A DNA stretch of 64,000 bases from Zancudomyces culisetae HAW-14-8 (Eukaryota; Fungi; Kickxellomycota). The stretch is from assembly GCA_052426225.1 (NCBI GenBank), contig JBNJNM010000013.1:806001-870000 (forward strand). Reading direction: 5' to 3'. Position numbers and translations under genes: made by a program. This document shows positions 58,834 through 64,000 of this stretch, piece after piece (the stretch's first letter is position 1; the number at the start of each line of letters is the position of its first letter). The notes under the pieces are model-generated. The model was not told where the DNA came from and did not search any database. It saw only the letters and a program-made list of their open reading frames with translations.

Positions 58834-60579
58834 CTAGGATTTTCTTTTCTTTTCTTTGTAAAACCTAGACAGTGCTCCAGAGGTTTCAGCCACATCCAAT
58901 TTATTATTAAGCTTAGCACGTTTTTCCTTTTCCAATTTGTCCAAAAGTTGTAGCTTTCGAATGTCAATAACATTTTTTTGTTTCTTACGTAGTGCCCTCT
59001 TTGCCGCAGAGTTTCTTCCACGTTTTTTAAATTTAAGCTGTTCGTTACGTTTAAGTTGCATCTCTTTGACTAGTTCCTCTCTAGCCTGCTGCGCGCTCTT
59101 TGCTGCTGAAGTGGTCTCCATCCCAGCAATAAAGTTAGGATCAAGATTTATCATATCTGGCTGTAGCTTGTCTAGTAGTGATGCCACCTCGGCTTCCTTG
59201 CGCTGTTTAGATGTCTGGAATGGATTGGCCTCCAGAGTATCATAGTTGGGTTCTCCTGCACCTGGAACAAGAATCGAAGAAAATCCAGTGCTGTGTCCAA
59301 AACCCAAAACGTCTTCATATGGAACGAACCTAAGTGATTCTATGGTGGTTCCTGAATGTAAATGTGATAGATAGGGGTCTTTTGCCTTGGATTGCAATGC
59401 ATCCTTCCATATTGTCACATATCCATTGTGGCTGTAGGCCAGCATACCCAGCTGACTAATGTCCATACTGGTTGCTGGTGTAAAAGTCCTGTACGAGTGG
59501 AGCTCTTTGTAGTGCATCCGAATATCCCACACCTTCAGCAAATTATCCAATCCAGAAGTTGCCATGTATGTACCACTATGATCAATCGCTATTGAGCTAA
59601 TCGGCGTCTTGTGACAGAGCATCTTGACCAGCGGTTCACTAGTTGATGGCGACCACAACGTTACTGTTCCATTTCCATGCCCTAAATGCTCTACTGCATT
59701 GTACTTTGACGAAACCATGGCCTTACAGGGCCCCAATTTGGTTTTTAGTTCCGCTACAATTTGCCCGGTTGAAACATCCTGGTATCTTAACATTCCTTGG
59801 TTGCCCACTCCCACCAGTAGAAAATGGTAGGGCAAAAAATCGAGCACATTAGTTTCTACAAACTTTTTCAAGCAATGAATTTCTGCTCCTCGACTGTCAT
59901 ACAAATACGTATATTTTTTCTGTGCTACTGCAAACATTGTTTCATTATGTAGATATTTTACATCTCGCACTGTCTCCCTGACATGGAACTCACACTGGAC
60001 CTTTCCACCAAGCCAGTCAATACTGGAAATATGACCTCTATCCCCTCCAAGTAGCAAGTGTCTGCCATTTCGGCTATAATCGATATTGTATGGTCCAAAT
60101 TCATCAAGTTTTAATTCAAATCTTCTCTGTACACTGTTAATATCTACATTCTTGACAATTTCGTCCTGTTTAAATTTATATGTCTTTTCCATTTCATTTT
60201 CTGGAACCAAATAACCTGCCTCTCCAACATTTAGAATTTCGGCTCTTGCTGCCCTTTCTGCAGCTAAAAGACCTATATCTTGCTCCTTAAATGTCTTTTG
60301 CCTCTCCCTCTGTGTCTTGAACTTTCTTAGCGAAGCATATTTTACTCTGTTGTATTTTCCCACCTTTGTTTTTAGATTTTTTAAATACTCGCTTTGTTCG
60401 TTTTCCTCTACACTTTCTACACCCAATATCAGTTTTCTTCTTTCTTTGGCCTTTTGGTTCTTTGCTGATATGTCCTTCAGCAGCTCGTTCTTGATTCTTT
60501 TACTGGTACTCTCTTTTGCCACACCAGATTCCTTTTCTTTTTGCTTTTCGCGCAGTTTTTTTTCCTTTGCCACACCCAT
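58834..60579 (-). CDS. UTP7: U3 snoRNP WD40 protein Utp7 (WDR46/BING4)
   Basis: FGPYNIDYSRNGRHLLLGG, FAVAQKKY, FLPYHFLL, GHGNGTVTLWSP, VPGAGEPNYD and NPFQTSKQRKEAEV. Confidence 0.95.
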   Translation of the reverse strand: MGVAKEKKLREKQKEKESGVAKESTSKRIKNELLKDISAKNQKAKERRKLILGVESVEENEQSEYLKNLKTKVGKYNRVKYASLRKFKTQRERQKTFKEQDIGLLAAERAARAEILNVGEAGYLVPENEMEKTYKFKQDEIVKNVDINSVQRRFELKLDEFGPYNIDYSRNGRHLLLGGDRGHISSIDWLGGKVQCEFHVRETVRDVKYLHNETMFAVAQKKYTYLYDSRGAEIHCLKKFVETNVLDFLPYHFLLVGVGNQGMLRYQDVSTGQIVAELKTKLGPCKAMVSSKYNAVEHLGHGNGTVTLWSPSTSEPLVKMLCHKTPISSIAIDHSGTYMATSGLDNLLKVWDIRMHYKELHSYRTFTPATSMDISQLGMLAYSHNGYVTIWKDALQSKAKDPYLSHLHSGTTIESLRFVPYEDVLGFGHSTGFSSILVPGAGEPNYDTLEANPFQTSKQRKEAEVASLLDKLQPDMINLDPNFIAGMETTSAAKSAQQAREELVKEMQLKRNEQLKFKKRGRNSAAKRALRKKQKNVIDIRKLQLLDKLEKEKRAKLNNKLDVAETSGALSRFYKEKKRKS

Positions 60580-60731
60580 TTTTTATATTATATCTGATGT
60601 AGCGTTTATCTTAGGAAAATACGGTTTGATATTAATTTTATAAATGTATCTTTTAAAGATCGTTACTATTACTCTATATATACGTTTGTATTTTTTTTTC
60701 GCCCAACGCTAGTTATTACATGAGAATCAAA

Positions 60732-60786
60732 ACTGAAAAAATTTTTTTTACTTTCTTCTGCAAAAAAAAAAAAAAAAAACTCATCG
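60732..60786 (-). promoter_or_regulatory. RRPE-like (60732-60747) and PAC-core-like (CGATGAG on minus, 60780-60786) elements upstream of UTP7
   Basis: ACTGAAAAAATTTTTT and CTCATCG seen on the plus strand; similarity to yeast Ribi motifs. Confidence 0.45.
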
Positions 60787-61223
60787 TAATTGTCCACCAA
60801 ATTAGATGAAAGATTTAATGTTGTAGCCAAAACTGATTTAACAGTAAATGGCTCTAAAAATTCTTAGAGCCTTCTTTTACAAGCCTTTTTTTTGGGGGGT
60901 GGGAAACATGTTCCGCTTTACCTATGTCAACTTGGAGCTAAACACAAACACATACACCTTCAAGTTTAGAACCTATCTTGTCTTTGTTTACTTTTTCAGC
61001 AACCCCAGAGATCGTTAAATGTCTTGTTAATGTAAAACAGCGCGGCCTGTCCCATCATTTTGTTATGGCACCTTTTCTTCCAGAGCAATTTTTTTTTGCG
61101 ATTTTTGCTGAAGTTATTCGTAAAATTCAAAGTATTGCCTATTTACCTTGAAAATCGCCATTTACTTGAGTACTCCAAACAAAAAGCAATAACAAATAAC
61201 GCAAATAACAAAATATAAATAAA

Positions 61224-62553
61224 ATGAATCCTATCCCAATCGGACAACCGATTACCCCTATAATGCCTGGTATACAGCAGCCACCACTGGGGTACATTCC
61301 GGGAACAATGCCCAAGATATCCAAACAACCACCTTGTACAATACCAAATCGAACGGTTTATGCAAATAACCTAAACGAAAAGATTCGAATAGAAGGCAAG
61401 CCTAATTTCAAGTTTATATGACTTTTTCAGAACAACCTAGTTTTGAAATCGTATTTATAATCCAGATTATCTGGAAGATTCGGTCCTGTTTTTCCTATAC
61501 TTTGCATCTTTAACCGTTAAATCCTCCTTCCCCTAAAAAAGTACAAACAAATATACACAAGACATATCAATAACACAAATGCTTTATTCACTAACATAGC
61601 ACTTAAAAAGGCTCTAGAAGCCATCTTTAAAATATACGGAAAAATCGTCGAGATCCGAGCAAATGCCAGTCTGAATAGAAAGGGTCAGGCTTACATTACA
61701 TTTGAAAACATTGATGATGCTGAGCGAGCGGTTAAAGAGGCTAATGGATTTGTTTTGTTTGGAAAACCGATGGTAATGAATTGACACCTATTAATTTTAA
61801 TTCAAAATCTAAATGTGGTACGAGATAGACTTTTTTGTTTTTTTTTTGGACACTGCAGAAAGAGTGGATTGTAGAAATGTACTTAATATCTGCTAAAACT
61901 GCAGAATCTCGATTTATTTATTAAGTGGTGGGGCTTTACATACTGAATTTGAAAAATAGATGGTTCAATTTGCTAGATATGATTCATATGTATCCGCTGT
62001 TAGCGATGGAAAGGATTTGGATGAATACAAGTCTCATCTCAAAATAGAAAAAGGTAAGCATACCGTTTCCTAGTTTATATATCCAACACCACCATCACTT
62101 GTAGAGTAGTGTGCGGTGCTCATTTTTTATTCAGAATACTAACACTAAACTCCCTTCTGAACAATAGAGAAACGGGAAAAACTGATGAGACAGGTGGAAT
62201 CAAAGCCAGGACTCGGTATAGCTGGTATACCAGGCATCATTCCACAACCTATGGGTGTGCCAGGGCCGTACAACTATGCTGGCGTTGGAGGTCCAGTATT
62301 GACTGCCAACCTTCCCAACAAAATCTTGTTTTTGCAGCAGATTCCTTCACAGGTTAACAAGCAGGAGCTCGAACATACCTTCAGAAGTATGTACGGATTT
62401 GTTGAAGTTAGAACTGTTCCGGGAAAAAGCAGTATTGCCTTTGTGGAGTTTGAGGATGAAGGAAGCGCCATCGAAGCAAAGAATGTATTAGGAAATGAAT
62501 GGAACCTGAAGGAAGGCCAGCCACCAGTCCTGATCACTTTTGCAAAGAGATGA
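61224..62553 (+). CDS. U1A/U2B''/SNF-family snRNP protein with two RRMs. Exons 61224-61395, 61600-61772, 61960-62053, 62168-62553; first intron GC-AG
   Basis: PNRTVYANNLNEKI|..LKKALEAIF..YGKI..KGQAYITF..GKPM|MVQFA, and second RRM PNKILFLQ..EVRTVPGK..IAFVEF..ITFAKR. Confidence 0.93.
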
Positions 62554-62771
62554 TATCCAATATTTATGTCTTTTTTCCGCCCTTTCCTGTCTTTATTTTA
62601 TTCCTGTAAAAATGCGACTATTGTTATTATCTATCATGCTCATATCCGTGTTAATAATATATCGATTGTTTATTGTATAGATTATAGTAAACACCTCAAA
62701 ATTATAAATATTAAACACAAATAAATAATAAAACCAGAAAAAAAAAGACTAAAATGCTACTATAGGGAACA

Positions 62772-64000
62772 CTACCTCCACTCCCAGAACTTGGTGCTTA
62801 CATACTTGGGATCAGAAACAACCTGTCCCTCGCAATAGTCAGCAACCACAGAAATGGTGTCTGCATTTTTGGTCTCAATTTCTTGAACAACCTTGTCCCA
62901 CACGCGAAGGATACATGCAGTGTTGTTAAAGTAATATTTTGTAGTATTGTTTATAAGCGAATCGGTAAGGTCGTACAAATTGCGTGAGCCTTCAATCGGA
63001 ACAACGTTTGCTGGTCCAAAATCGTCTTCGGAACCATTGCTATCATACATTAATTTACTTTTCAGCTGGTCAACACTGACCTTTTTATATGGGTACGTTG
63101 ATGGATCAGATTCGTGCATCTTTGAAGCAGTTTCTAAAATAAACTTGACTTGTGATACTAATTCTTTTACTGCCATTTTTTCCACCTTGTAGTAAGAAAA
63201 CCTCTTACTTACAAACCATGAAATCAAAACAACTGGTGTCAAGAGCTTGAGGTTAGAGACTATCACGTTGATAAGCAAAAGTAATAGCAACCTTAACTGA
63301 CAAAATAGAGAGTATGTAGTGGTTTTGGATACCAGGTACAACTCAGATGACTCTTTCCCATCTGCATCTTCTGATTCCAGATTAACCACCTGGATATCGC
63401 TCTTTTCATCTGCTGAAATCTTATCCAAAGCAGCATCAAAAATTTTGTCCAAATCTGCACTTGTCATAAATAGTACGCTTCTAAGAACCTGCTTTATTTC
63501 TGCTTCTGACATTCCGTGGGTTGCTATCAACTCTGGGTCCTCAAGTTCTCCGCTATCTTGACTGCCATCAAACCCAAAGACTCTTGCTTTTACATACTTT
63601 TTCATCACACCCTCAACAATTTCAACCACGTCTTTAGGACTCTCCCTTATTAGTGTTGCCTTCTTGATTGTCAATGTTTTACTATTGATTTTATCAAGCT
63701 TAGTGTTTTTGATCTCGAGAATTTGCTCCTCAATGTTCAAGTCGCAGTCTTTGCTTCCTCGGTACCTTTTTAGCGTGCCCTCAATTATTCTTGCCACATC
63801 AGCAATTTTCTGTGCAGTGTGTTTATCGGGAACACATATTGGTGCAAATGGATATATGTTCGAGGCGTACCTTATCGGATATCTCACTACATATCCTTTA
63901 TTACATTTCAGCACGGGCTCCCCTGTGTAATTTTCCTTAGACTCTGTAAACACACGCACAAAATCACCGAGCTCGCTTATCAGCGGAACGCTTCTTGTGG
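62772..64000 (-). CDS. Inner nuclear membrane Src1/Heh1/Man1-like (MSC domain) protein, 5' partial
   Basis: C..GY..P..CVPD luminal pattern, a TM helix, then VWDKVVQEI and terminal WEW typical of Man1-Src1 C-terminal domains. Confidence 0.65.
   Translation of the reverse strand, partial: TRSVPLISELGDFVRVFTESKENYTGEPVLKCNKGYVVRYPIRYASNIYPFAPICVPDKHTAQKIADVARIIEGTLKRYRGSKDCDLNIEEQILEIKNTKLDKINSKTLTIKKATLIRESPKDVVEIVEGVMKKYVKARVFGFDGSQDSGELEDPELIATHGMSEAEIKQVLRSVLFMTSADLDKIFDAALDKISADEKSDIQVVNLESEDADGKESSELYLVSKTTTYSLFCQLRLLLLLLINVIVSNLKLLTPVVLISWFVSKRFSYYKVEKMAVKELVSQVKFILETASKMHESDPSTYPYKKVSVDQLKSKLMYDSNGSEDDFGPANVVPIEGSRNLYDLTDSLINNTTKYYFNNTACILRVWDKVVQEIETKNADTISVVADYCEGQVVSDPKYVSTKFWEWR

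Noticed and set aside
27469-62553. Apparent cluster of RNA-processing genes (PARN-like, UTP4, RRP42, UTP7, U1A)
   Set aside because: They are interspersed with unrelated housekeeping genes; no evidence of non-random clustering without synteny data.

Overview
This is AT-rich, intron-containing eukaryotic DNA from a fungus. An early-diverging lineage such as Kickxellomycotina/Harpellales is plausible, but that is inference only. I can support 21 protein-coding genes: eIF4G (5' partial), a DPP-IV/Ste13-Dap2-type peptidase, a subtilisin, CHO2, an F-box/LRR protein, a Zn2Cys6 factor, a PARN-like nuclease, UTP4, RAD2/XPG, an EAPP homolog, an ER DnaJ protein, UBP8, RRP42, an ABC1/UbiB kinase, GRX5, a ketopantoate reductase, an orphan, PIS1, UTP7, a U1A/U2B''-family protein and a Src1/Man1-like protein (5' partial). 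EAPP and GRX5 are largely invisible in the ORF track and were reconstructed by hand from splice signals. I recognised no tRNA, rRNA, CRISPR array or transposon. The most notable observations are: (1) a required GC-AG intron plus three clustered U1A/U2B''-like binding motifs inside the U1A/U2B'' gene, suggesting splicing autoregulation; (2) locus-scale purine/pyrimidine strand skew that ignores gene orientation and appears to shape protein sequence; (3) convergent genes with overlapping or nearly touching stop codons, including a C-terminally short XPG; (4) A-rich 3' splice sites without polypyrimidine tracts; (5) an identical RRPE-like 16-mer upstream of UTP4 and UTP7; (6) an orphan ending in a TOS-like motif; (7) an AT-hook-like tail on UBP8; (8) several candidate structured RNAs. 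All family calls come from motif recognition, not database searches.
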